From Propionibacteriaceae bacterium (GTDB taxonomy: Bacteria; Actinomycetota; Actinomycetes; Propionibacteriales; Propionibacteriaceae), in assembly GCA_035280525.1 (NCBI GenBank), contig DATEFP010000124.1, forward strand, positions 1-33,246: 33,246 nucleotides of DNA, written 5' to 3'. The position numbers and the translations under genes are program-made. The first letter of the stretch is position 1, and every line of letters starts with the position of its first letter. Below the pieces are notes generated by a model. It did no database searches, was not told the DNA's origin, and worked only from the letters and a program-made list of their open reading frames with translations. Positions 8,593 through 17,185 of the stretch are shown here, in pieces.

Positions 8593-9756
8593 GTGAGTAG
8601 TCCGTCGTTTGGCCAACCCGTCGAGGAGCGCGCTGCCGCTCGGACGTCGGGCCAGCTCGGAAACCAGGCGGCCTCACAGGTCCTTGGAGACGCCATTGCC
8701 CAGGTTCAACGGGTGATCGTCGGACAGGAACACATGGTCGAGCAGCTCATGGTTGCGCTGCTCGCTCGTGGGCATTGCCTGCTGGAAGGTGTGCCTGGAG
8801 TGGCCAAGACGCTAGCCGTGCGCAGCTTCGCAACCGTGGTCGGCGGTGAATTCGCCCGCATCCAGTTCACTCCCGACCTGGTTCCCTCCGACATCATTGG
8901 CACCCGCATTTACCGGGCAAGCCAGGAAGCTTTTGATGTCGAGCTGGGGCCGGTCTTCGTAAACTTCGTCCTCGCCGACGAGATCAACCGCGCACCCGCC
9001 AAAGTGCAGGCGGCGATGCTGGAGCTGATGGCTGAAAAGCAGGTCTCAATTGGCGGAACGACCTATCCGGTGCCACAGCCGTTCATCGTGATCGCTACGC
9101 AGAACCCAATCGAGTCCGAAGGTGTCTATCCGCTGCCCGAGGCTCAGCGTGACCGCTTTCTGCTGAAGGTCGACGTTCCATACCCGGCTGGGAATGAAGA
9201 GTTTGAGATCCTCCGCAGGATGAGTGTCGATCCGCCAACCTCACAGCCTGTCTTGAACCCGCAGCTGATCATCCACCTGCAGCGCCAGGCACAAGATGTG
9301 TTTGTCCACAACCTTGTCGCTGAGTACATCGTGAGGCTGGTGCTGGCGACGCGTACGCCGGCTGAGTTCAACCTGCCGGATCTCACTTCTGTGATACAGC
9401 TTGGCTGCAGCCCGCGTGCCACGCTCGGCCTGGTTGCTGCCTCTCGAGCCCTCGCGCTGATCCACGGTCGGGACTATGTACTGCCGACCGATGTCCAGAC
9501 GGTTGCGAAAGATGTGATGGCGCACCGGATCGTGCTCGGCTTCGATGCTGTGGCTGACAACATCGTGCCAGCCCAGGTGATCGAGCGGATCGTCGCCATG
9601 GTGCCGCCGCCGACGCCGGTGTGGAACCAGCAGTCCGGACCGAACCACCAGAGCCAACCCGGCCGCGCAGTGCCATCGGCTAACACCTACACCTCGCCCC
9701 CTGCGCCGTACCAGAAACCGGTGCCGAACATGCCCAACCAGCCGGACTTTAGCTAG
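8593..9756 (+). CDS. moxR: MoxR family AAA+ ATPase
   Basis: Walker A EGVPGVAKT, RIQFTPDLVPSD, Walker B LADEINRA, ATQNPIE.EG.YPLPEAQRDRF, SPRA; GTG 8593 follows AGGAGAG. Confidence 0.95.
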   Translation: MSSPSFGQPVEERAAARTSGQLGNQAASQVLGDAIAQVQRVIVGQEHMVEQLMVALLARGHCLLEGVPGVAKTLAVRSFATVVGGEFARIQFTPDLVPSDIIGTRIYRASQEAFDVELGPVFVNFVLADEINRAPAKVQAAMLELMAEKQVSIGGTTYPVPQPFIVIATQNPIESEGVYPLPEAQRDRFLLKVDVPYPAGNEEFEILRRMSVDPPTSQPVLNPQLIIHLQRQAQDVFVHNLVAEYIVRLVLATRTPAEFNLPDLTSVIQLGCSPRATLGLVAASRALALIHGRDYVLPTDVQTVAKDVMAHRIVLGFDAVADNIVPAQVIERIVAMVPPPTPVWNQQSGPNHQSQPGRAVPSANTYTSPPAPYQKPVPNMPNQPDFS

Positions 9757-9764
9757 AGGTCAAG

Positions 9765-10901
9765 GTGTCATATCCGCCGCCAGGCGGTCGGCCCGTCGGC
9801 TCACCTAACTTTCCGCCGCCGGCCGGCCTGCCGGTGAATCTTCCGCCACCCAGTGGCCCTCCCATGCAATTCGCCTCGCCCGAGGAGAGTATCGGGGCCG
9901 TCGCTTCGGTGGTCGGTGCTCCGACCCGCGCGACGATCCCATTGAACAAACTGGCGCCGGAAGCTGCGTTACGCCGCTTGGAGCTCACCATCGTGCGCCG
10001 TCTTGAAGGATTCCTGCACGGCGATCACCTCGGCCTGCTGCCAGGGCCTGGTTCTGACATCAGCGACGCCAGGATGTACGTCCCTGGCGAAGACGACGTG
10101 CGCAAGATCGACTGGGCAGTGACCGCGCGTACCACCGTGCCGCACGTTCGCGACACCATCTCTGATCGCGAGCTCGAGGTGTGGGCCTTGCTTGACGTCA
10201 CTCCGTCGATGAACTGGGGCACCGAAGGTGTCACCAAGCGGGATCTGGGCATTGCCGCTATCGCGACGATCGGCTTTCTCAGCCAGAAAATGGGCGACCG
10301 ATTCGGCGGCTTCATCATGCGTCCGGGGAGCCTGCGCCGGCTTCCAGCCCGATCGGGGCGCTCCGCCCTCTACGGCCTGCTGCGCCGGATGTTGACCGAG
10401 CCGTTTGTACCGGATCACGCCGCGGGACCGATGACGCTGGCGGCAAGTGTTGAGAAGCTGTCGCGGCTCCAGCGGCGTCGCGGGTTACGCGTCGTGGTTT
10501 CTGACTTCCTCACTCCCGGTGATCATGAGCTGGACCCGAACGTGGAACCGGACTGGGAGCGCTCGATGCGGCGGCTGGGGGTACGAAACCAGGTGCTGGC
10601 GGTCGAGGTGGTCGACCGGCGGGAGATCGAGTTCCCCGACGTGGGTGACATGTTGATACGGGATCCCGAGACGGACTTCGAGCGCTACGTCAACACCGGC
10701 GACCCAAACGCGCGAGCCAGAATGGATGCTGCCAGCGCGGCGCAGCGGGAACGAATCCGTATCTCGCTTCGTCGTGCAGGTGTTGGGCACATCCAGTTGC
10801 GAACCGATCGAGATTGGGTGCAAGACATTGCCCGGTTCGTGTTGGCCTACCGTCGCGTGGCGAGCATGCTGCACGCCCCGCCACAGGGAGTGACGAAATG
10901 A
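9765..10901 (+). CDS. DUF58 domain protein (MoxR partner)
   Basis: Motifs RMYVPGEDDVRKIDWAVTAR, LLDVTPSM, VVSDF; directly downstream of moxR. Confidence 0.92.
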   Translation: MSYPPPGGRPVGSPNFPPPAGLPVNLPPPSGPPMQFASPEESIGAVASVVGAPTRATIPLNKLAPEAALRRLELTIVRRLEGFLHGDHLGLLPGPGSDISDARMYVPGEDDVRKIDWAVTARTTVPHVRDTISDRELEVWALLDVTPSMNWGTEGVTKRDLGIAAIATIGFLSQKMGDRFGGFIMRPGSLRRLPARSGRSALYGLLRRMLTEPFVPDHAAGPMTLAASVEKLSRLQRRRGLRVVVSDFLTPGDHELDPNVEPDWERSMRRLGVRNQVLAVEVVDRREIEFPDVGDMLIRDPETDFERYVNTGDPNARARMDAASAAQRERIRISLRRAGVGHIQLRTDRDWVQDIARFVLAYRRVASMLHAPPQGVTK

Positions 10902-11890
10902 GGTCCGCGCTGCTTACGCAGCAGGTGACTGCGCAGCTGGCGTTCCTGGAACCAAATCGGCTGCTGATCTTGCTCATCATCCCGGCGCTGATCCTTGCCT
11001 ACATCTTCGCCAGCTTGCGCAAGAACCGGCGCGGCATGCGGTTCACCAACACTTCGATGCTCGATGTGGTTGTGCCGAAGCAGTCTCAATGGCGACGTCA
11101 CCTCGCTGTCGCACTCTCGCTACTGAGTCTGATCACGCTAACCGCGGCTTTCGCGCGGCCGAAGACCCAGGTTGATGTGCCGCGGGAGCGCGCCACAGTC
11201 GTATTGGTGATCGACGCGTCGCTGTCGATGCAGGCGACTGACGTGAGACCGAGCCGACTCGATGCTGCGAAACAGGCGGCCATCGATTTCGTGGCCAAGC
11301 TGCCCGAGAAATACAACGTCTCTGTGGTCTCGATGGCTGGCGCCGCCGCGATCTTGGTCCCGCCCACGACGGCTCACAACACTGTGCAAACCGCCATCAA
11401 CAGCATCCAGCTGCAGGATTCAACAGCGATCGGGGAGGGGATCGCAACGGCGCTTACCGCCCTGAGGCAGGCCCCGAAGGATCCGGACAATCCGAACTCG
11501 ATCGCGCCCGGCGCCATCGTGTTGTTGAGCGACGGTGCAAACACGATGGGTCGAGCTCCACAACAGGCCGCCGCAGACGCGAGAGCGGCCAAGGTCCCGA
11601 TCTACACCATCGCGTACGGCACGGAGAATGGCTATGTCGATCTGGAAGGCAAACGAGAGCCCGTACCGGTCGATCATGAGGAAATGCAGCGGATCGCTGC
11701 GGCAACCAACGGCGAGTACTTCGCGGCGGCCACAGCCGATCAGCTCAAGCAGGTCTATGAGAACATCGGATCCGAGGTTGGCTATGAGAAGGCCGATCGC
11801 GAGGTGACCGCCCGCTTTGCCGGCTACGGGCTCGCACTCGCGGTTCTCGCAGCGCTGGGAGCCATCTCGCTGGGAGCAAAATGGCCGTGA
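10898..11890 (+). CDS. Membrane-anchored VWA domain protein (BatA-like), copy 1
   Basis: MIDAS motif DASLS, TAIGEGI, LLSDG; ATGA overlap with the DUF58 stop; N- and C-terminal TM segments. Confidence 0.92.
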   Translation: MRSALLTQQVTAQLAFLEPNRLLILLIIPALILAYIFASLRKNRRGMRFTNTSMLDVVVPKQSQWRRHLAVALSLLSLITLTAAFARPKTQVDVPRERATVVLVIDASLSMQATDVRPSRLDAAKQAAIDFVAKLPEKYNVSVVSMAGAAAILVPPTTAHNTVQTAINSIQLQDSTAIGEGIATALTALRQAPKDPDNPNSIAPGAIVLLSDGANTMGRAPQQAAADARAAKVPIYTIAYGTENGYVDLEGKREPVPVDHEEMQRIAAATNGEYFAAATADQLKQVYENIGSEVGYEKADREVTARFAGYGLALAVLAALGAISLGAKWP

Positions 11891-11897
11891 TTTTTAG

Positions 11898-12017
11898 GCT
11901 TCGCTCGCACACGCCGCGCGGGGAGCCGGCTCCTTCGTCGCTCACTGCGAAACGGAACCGCGTGTTTCGCAGTTCGCTCCTGCAGTCGCCGGCGCGCGGC
12001 TCCGACGCTCGCGAAGC
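11898..12017 (-). repeat. Nested-palindrome repeat family 1, unit A (full length)
   Basis: Stems gcttcgc/gcgaagc, gccgcgcg/cgcgcggc, gccggc/gccggc, ctgcgaaac/gtttcgcag; loops tcgc...cgacgctc and tccttcgtcgc...gctcctgcagtc. Confidence 0.8.
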
Positions 12018-12041
12018 GGTGACAGACGGAAAAGCGCCGTT

Positions 12042-12093
12042 TGCTCGACTCGCTCGTCCAGACAGCAGCGGCGCGACTCCGACGCTCGTCGCA
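12042..12093 (-). repeat. Family 1 short unit D (outer loop only)
   Basis: tgctcgac-tcgc-tcgtccagacagcagcggcgcga-ctccgacgctc-gtcgca. Confidence 0.6.
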
Positions 12094-12095
12094 GA

Positions 12096-13070
12096 ATGGT
12101 GCTGACTGTGATTCCGCTGCTCTCCTTTCTCGCGCCTGGGCGGCTGTGGCTGCTTTTGCTGATCCCGCTGCTGGTTGGTCTTTATCTGCTGATGGTGCGG
12201 CGCAAGCAGAACCGCAGCAAACAGATGGGCAAGACGATGTTCGACCTCGTAATCCCACGGGACCGGACCTGGTTACGGCACGTCGCAGTCGGTCTGTCGA
12301 TTCTTAGCCTGCTCACACTGACGCTCGCCTTCGCCAAGCCAAAAGATCAGGTATCGGTGCCTCGGGAACGGGCCACCATCGTGTTGACCATCGACGTGTC
12401 ATTGTCGATGGAGGCCAGGGATGTGGATCCGAATCGTCTGGAGGCAGCGAAGGCGGCGGCAGAACAGTTTGTGATGTCTCTTCCCCCCAAGTTCAACGTC
12501 GCGCTGGTGACCTTCGCGGGCACGGCGACGACGCTGGTGCCGCCCACCCTCGATCGCGGATCGGTTACTGCAGCGATCCGGTCCTTACGCCCTCAGGCTT
12601 CCACGGCAATCGGCGAGGGCATTTACACCTCGCTCGCCGCGTTGGCTCAAGTGCCGCCCGACCCAGACAACCCGAAATCGGTCCCGCCGGCGCGCATCGT
12701 CTTGCTGAGCGATGGCAAGACACAGGTCGGTAGGCCATCGGATCAGGCCGCGATGGCGGCGAGGGCGCAATCGGTCCCGATCTACACCATCGCGTACGGG
12801 ACTCCCGAGGGTTACATCGATATCGGCGGGCGGCGGGAACCGGTGCCCGTCGACCGAGCCGAGATGGCCCGTATCGCCAAGATCTCCGGCGGAGAGGCGT
12901 ACACGGCTGAGTCAGCGGGCGAGCTGAAAGAGGTCTACAGGGACATCGGTAGCTCGGTTGGCAAGGAGAAGGTGGACCGCGAAGTCACTTCTCGTTACGC
13001 CGGCTTTGGGCTGGGTTTTGCGATCCTTGCCGCACTCGGGCTGATCTCGCTCGGCGCCCGCTGGCCGTAG
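12096..13070 (+). CDS. Membrane-anchored VWA domain protein (BatA-like), copy 2, paralog of 10898-11890
   Basis: MIDAS motif DVSLS, TAIGEGI, LLSDG; shares VPRERAT, PIYTIAYGT and the ISLGA(K/R)WP C-terminus with copy 1. Confidence 0.92.
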   Translation: MVLTVIPLLSFLAPGRLWLLLLIPLLVGLYLLMVRRKQNRSKQMGKTMFDLVIPRDRTWLRHVAVGLSILSLLTLTLAFAKPKDQVSVPRERATIVLTIDVSLSMEARDVDPNRLEAAKAAAEQFVMSLPPKFNVALVTFAGTATTLVPPTLDRGSVTAAIRSLRPQASTAIGEGIYTSLAALAQVPPDPDNPKSVPPARIVLLSDGKTQVGRPSDQAAMAARAQSVPIYTIAYGTPEGYIDIGGRREPVPVDRAEMARIAKISGGEAYTAESAGELKEVYRDIGSSVGKEKVDREVTSRYAGFGLGFAILAALGLISLGARWP

Positions 13071-13129
13071 CAGCGCCGACCTCGGAATATCGCGCCACGG
13101 CAATGCTTCCGCGAGACTAAGGTTCAGGC

Positions 13130-13852
13130 ATGGCGAACGTGGCGGAGAATCTGGCCGCAGTGGAGGTTCGGATCAAGGCGGCGTGCACTCGAGTCGGGCG
13201 CGATCCCAGCGAGGTGCGATTGCTACCGGTGAGCAAGGACCACGGGATGGACCTGATCGCGGAGGCCTACGAGGCCGGCGTTCGGCTGCTTGGCGAGAAC
13301 AAGGTTCAGGAGGCAGTAGAGAAGGCCCGGCACTTTGCCGATCATCCCGATCTCAGGTGGGCGATCATTGGCCACCTACAGACCAATAAGGCCAGGCATG
13401 TAGCGGCCTTAGCCTCTGAGTTCCATGCGCTTGACAGTGTGAAAGTTGCTGCCGCCCTTGACACGGCATTGGACGACCTCGGCCGCGGTCTTGATGTGTT
13501 CCTACAAGTCAACTCGTCGGGGGAGCCACAAAAGCACGGTTTGCCACCGGATGAGGTGGAGGCGTTCGCCATCGCACTCAAGGCCTATGGGACGCTGCGA
13601 GTCCGCGGTCTGATGACCTTGGCTGTGCTCTCGGACGATGAGCGAGAGGTCCGGGCCTGCTTCGAGCGTATGCGCGACCTGCAACGACGGCTCCAGGGAA
13701 GTGAGGACGTCGCGGGCACCTATGACGAGCTGTCCATGGGCATGTCCGGTGATCTGGAACTCGCGATCGAGTACGGGGCGACAACCGTACGAGTCGGCCA
13801 GGCGATCTTCGGCCCGCGGCCTTCGCCAGACACATACTGGTTGCCGACCTAG
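13130..13852 (+). CDS. yggS: YggS/PLPBP family pyridoxal-phosphate homeostasis protein
   Basis: Motifs LLPVSK, GENKVQE, IGHLQTNK, GLMT, LSMGMSGD, TVRVGQAIFG. Confidence 0.95.
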   Translation: MANVAENLAAVEVRIKAACTRVGRDPSEVRLLPVSKDHGMDLIAEAYEAGVRLLGENKVQEAVEKARHFADHPDLRWAIIGHLQTNKARHVAALASEFHALDSVKVAAALDTALDDLGRGLDVFLQVNSSGEPQKHGLPPDEVEAFAIALKAYGTLRVRGLMTLAVLSDDEREVRACFERMRDLQRRLQGSEDVAGTYDELSMGMSGDLELAIEYGATTVRVGQAIFGPRPSPDTYWLPT

Positions 13853-13892
13853 CGGCTTAGCGCCTGGGTGGGTTCGAACGTACGGTTGTGTC

Positions 13893-14426
13893 GTGTCCCG
13901 GCTGAGGAGGGCCGCCGTCGGGAGCGCCGTCTTCTTCGTTATCGCTCCCGGCATCGTGGCTGGGCTGGTGCCCTGGCTTATCAGTGGCTGGGACGTGCAC
14001 TGGCCAATGTCGGCATTCGGCATCGCCGTGATGGCTTTGGGCAGTGCTGTCTTGACGGTGGCGGTCGTGGTGTTGATCCGCAACTTCGTCCGTTTCGTCG
14101 TCGAAGGTCGGGGTACTCCGTCGCCGGTTCTCCAGACCGAGCGGCTGGTTGTCGGTGGGGACTATCGCTTTGTACGTAACCCGATGTACCTAGCAGTGAT
14201 TACGGCGATCCTTGGTCAGGCAATAATCTTTGGCTCGCTGGGCCTGGTGCTTTACGCCCTTACGGTCTGGGCGATCATGGCGACGTTTGTACGTATGTAC
14301 GAGGAGCCGCTGCTTCAGAACCGCTACGGTGAGGAATACGAGCGCTATCGGCGAGGCGTGAGAGCCTGGATGCCCCGGTTACGTCCATGGCAGGCCGATA
14401 GGGATCACATCGACAAGGCGAGTTGA
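13893..14426 (+). CDS. Isoprenylcysteine carboxyl methyltransferase / PEMT family membrane protein
   Basis: Motifs EGRGTPSP, LVVGGDYRFVRNPMY, YEEP.L..RYGEEYERY; GTG 13893 lies 6 nt after TACGGT. Confidence 0.88.
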   Translation: MSRLRRAAVGSAVFFVIAPGIVAGLVPWLISGWDVHWPMSAFGIAVMALGSAVLTVAVVVLIRNFVRFVVEGRGTPSPVLQTERLVVGGDYRFVRNPMYLAVITAILGQAIIFGSLGLVLYALTVWAIMATFVRMYEEPLLQNRYGEEYERYRRGVRAWMPRLRPWQADRDHIDKAS

Positions 14427-14436
14427 TCAGCGATCC

Positions 14437-14485
14437 GTGTCTGCTCGCTCGTCCAGGACAGCGGCGCGCCAGCCAGGCTCAGCAC
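14437..14485 (-). repeat. Degenerate family 1 short unit G (D-like), overlapping the S9 peptidase stop
   Basis: ctcgctcgtccaggacagcggcgcg versus ctcgctcgtccagacagcagcggcgcg in unit D. Confidence 0.55.
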
Positions 14486-16413
14486 GACGAGGCGCGATCC
14501 AGATTCTCGATCGGAATCGGAGGGACTCGGTCAGCCGGCTCGAAACCGAAGATCCGGCCAAGGAAGTAGATCTGCGCCTCGGTTGCAGCCTTGATCGTCT
14601 CGCCCTTGCGGAAACCGTGACCTTCGCCTTCGAACATGATCAAGGCGACTGGCAGGCTTTTGCGGCGCGCGGCCTCGGCCAGCATCTCGGCCTGTCCGGG
14701 TGGCACGACAGTGTCTTCGGTTCCCTGGAGCAGCAGGATCGGCGCCGAAAGCCGATCCAGGTGACTGATCGGTGAGCGCTCGATATAGACGTGACGGCTT
14801 TCGGGATAAGGTCCCACGAGGCTATCGAGATAACGCGCCTCGAATTTGTGGGTTTGCTTGGCCAGCGCCTCGAGGTCCGCGATGCCGTACTGGCTGATGC
14901 CGGCGTTGAAGACGTCTGACGTGGTAAGCGCTGCCAGTGTGGTAAAGCCGCCAGCGCTGCCCCCTCGAATGGCCAGGCGGGCGGGGTCGGCGAGCCGCTG
15001 GTCTCCCACCCATACCGCTCCTGCTATGCAATCCTGCACATCAGCAACCCCCCAGCGGCCCTTCAATCGATCTCTATACTCCCTCCCGAAACCGATGCTG
15101 CCGCTGTAGTTGACATCGAGAATGGCATAGCCACGCGATGTCCAGAACTGATATGCGATCTTGAAATCGGGTGCCGAGAACCCGGTCGGTCCACCGTGAG
15201 ACAGCGTGATCAGGGGCGGCAGTGTGCCAGCAGGCGCGCGGAATTCGTTGTTGACCGGCGAATAGAAGTAGCCGTAAACCGCACGATCCTGAGCTGTCCA
15301 ATGCACCCGTTGCGCTCGAGATACCGAGGCAGCATCCATGATCGTCTCGGTGGAAGACCTGACAGTGGTCCAGATGTGGCGGTCAAGATCGTAAAGCGCC
15401 AGCGCCGCTGGCCGGTCTGGGTAGTTGAGAAGCCCAGCGGCGACGCGACCCTCGACATCCAGCGAGGTAGCGGCGATGCCGTCCGCAGCCACCTTGCGCA
15501 GCGTGCCGTCGGAGATCCTCAGCACCTCGATGCTCTGATCTCCACTGCGGTTTAGCGTGCACAGCAGATGATCATCGTCAATGATCGCGTACGGCCGCTG
15601 CCCCAAAAACCATTGCGGTGGGCAGAACTCCGCATCTGTGGCACAGATCGGCTGCACCTCGTCGTTACTCCACAGGTAGAGGTTCCACCAGTCCGTACGA
15701 TCCGAGGCGAAGATCAGATCGTCACCCAACCAGCGCGGCTGCACGGCGGACTCGCCGGGGTCGCCAGCGATGACCTGGCTGCGTATGATCGTTGCGCCAC
15801 TTAGAGATCCGACCATGATCCTGGTGGAGTCCCACGGCATGTTGGGGTGGTTCCATTGCGTCCACGCCAGGCGTCCGCTCACCGAAAGCTCGGGGGTCGA
15901 GTAGAAGTCGGCACCGCTGCAGAGCACCGTGCCCCCATCCTGGTTCGGCCCCTCAAGATCAAGAGCGACAATGGTGTTGGCTGGTTCGCCACGGCCGGAA
16001 TGGTCCTCGCGTACTGCCAGCACCAGGCCCCGGTCAGGATGAACTCGAATGTCGCCGAACCGAAACTCGCCCTCAGGGGTGATCGGCTGTGGCGTGCCGT
16101 CGTCACGGACCGCGTACAGGCGGCCGTCGGCGAATTCTGAGTAGACCAAGGTGCCACTCGAGACGTGGTACTCGCCACCGCCGTACTCGTGCACTCGGTC
16201 GCGTACATAGGCAGGTGGGGCAGTGACCTCGACTGGCTCCCCGCCGGAAAGCAGCCGCCGCCAAAGGCTAGTCCGGCCTCGCTGGTCGGCCCGAGACTCC
16301 AACCAGTAGACGTGCCGCCCCTCGATCTGCGCTGCGGACAGCCCGACTGAGGAACCGACCAGATGATCAACTGAGATCGGCGATATCCACGAGCCGTACG
16401 GCGCAACCTTCAC
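14479..16413 (-). CDS. S9 family (prolyl oligopeptidase-like) serine peptidase
   Basis: N-terminus APYGSWISPI, HGGPT, nucleophile elbow GGSAGG, QGTEDTVVP, EGEGHGF; GTG 16413 lies 6 nt after TACATT. Confidence 0.93.
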   Translation of the reverse strand: MKVAPYGSWISPISVDHLVGSSVGLSAAQIEGRHVYWLESRADQRGRTSLWRRLLSGGEPVEVTAPPAYVRDRVHEYGGGEYHVSSGTLVYSEFADGRLYAVRDDGTPQPITPEGEFRFGDIRVHPDRGLVLAVREDHSGRGEPANTIVALDLEGPNQDGGTVLCSGADFYSTPELSVSGRLAWTQWNHPNMPWDSTRIMVGSLSGATIIRSQVIAGDPGESAVQPRWLGDDLIFASDRTDWWNLYLWSNDEVQPICATDAEFCPPQWFLGQRPYAIIDDDHLLCTLNRSGDQSIEVLRISDGTLRKVAADGIAATSLDVEGRVAAGLLNYPDRPAALALYDLDRHIWTTVRSSTETIMDAASVSRAQRVHWTAQDRAVYGYFYSPVNNEFRAPAGTLPPLITLSHGGPTGFSAPDFKIAYQFWTSRGYAILDVNYSGSIGFGREYRDRLKGRWGVADVQDCIAGAVWVGDQRLADPARLAIRGGSAGGFTTLAALTTSDVFNAGISQYGIADLEALAKQTHKFEARYLDSLVGPYPESRHVYIERSPISHLDRLSAPILLLQGTEDTVVPPGQAEMLAEAARRKSLPVALIMFEGEGHGFRKGETIKAATEAQIYFLGRIFGFEPADRVPPIPIENLDRASSC

Positions 16414-16427
16414 AGGGTAAATGTATT

Positions 16428-16463
16428 GACGACGTCGGCTTCCCGGCGCGATGCGCGAGCGGC
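16428..16463 (+). repeat. Family 1 half unit F
   Basis: gacgacgtcgg-cttcccg-gcgcgatgcgcgagc matches the reverse complement of part of unit C (gacgacgtcgg-actgcttgc-gcgcgatgcgcgagc). Confidence 0.65.
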
Positions 16464-16617
16464 GGAGCAAATGGCGCGCGTCGGCGGTTACTTCTTGGTG
16501 CAGCTGTGGCCCATGGTGCAAGATAGGGACCACAAACCGGTCCGCCAGCGAGCCAGCCTGAGGATGCAGGGGAAGGCAGCCCTCAAGTTGTCTTGGTCTC
16601 GCACTGGAGGATCTGGC

Positions 16618-17115
16618 ATGAGCACGACCCGTGGAGTTTTGTACATCCACTCTGCGCCGTCAGCACTCTGCCCGCACATTGAGTGGGCCGTGGGCGGCGT
16701 CTTTGGTATGCCGGTACGCGTTGACTGGATCCCTCAGCCGATCGAGCGTGCCTGCTATCGGACCGAGTACTCCTGGACCGGCCCCACCGGGACAGCAGCA
16801 CGATTAGCGAGCGCCCTCAAACGCTGCCAGCGGGCCCGTTTCGAGGTGACCGAAGAGGCCACGTCCACTACCGAGGCCGAGCGCTATTCATACACTCCGA
16901 CGCTGGGCATCTTTCACGCCACAACGGGGATCCACGGTGACATCATGATCCCGGAGAATCGGGTCAAGCAGGCAATAGCGATGTCGACTCTCGGCGGCAA
17001 GGATCTGCTTGAGGCCCTTGACGCCCTGCTCGGCCGTTCCTGGGATGAAGAACTTGAGCCCTTCCGATACGCGGGCGACGGCACACCCGTGCGCTGGCTT
17101 CACAAAGTCGTCTGA
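16618..17115 (+). CDS. DUF3145 family protein
   Basis: MSTTRGVLYIHSAPSALCPHIEWAV...WDEELEPFRYAGDGTPVRWLH; GGAGG RBS; usual convergent neighbour of the actinobacterial fab cluster. Confidence 0.9.
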   Translation: MSTTRGVLYIHSAPSALCPHIEWAVGGVFGMPVRVDWIPQPIERACYRTEYSWTGPTGTAARLASALKRCQRARFEVTEEATSTTEAERYSYTPTLGIFHATTGIHGDIMIPENRVKQAIAMSTLGGKDLLEALDALLGRSWDEELEPFRYAGDGTPVRWLHKVV

Positions 17116-17130
17116 CTCCCTCACCCACGC

Positions 17131-17178
17131 CGACTTGTCAGCGCGAGTGGTCGCTATAACCACCACGGACGCTGACAA
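17131..17178 (-). repeat. 48-nt palindrome family 2, copy 1; probably also acts as terminator between convergent genes
   Basis: Reverse complement is TTGTCAGCGTC-N27-TGACAAGTCG, with inner stem gtggt/accac. Confidence 0.65.
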
Positions 17179-17185
17179 CTCGGTG

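Noticed and set aside
16414-16650. N-terminal extensions of the S9 peptidase and DUF3145 ORFs that would overlap each other
   Set aside because: Family-typical N-termini and start signals place the starts at 16413 and 16618; the extensions read through intergenic and repeat DNA
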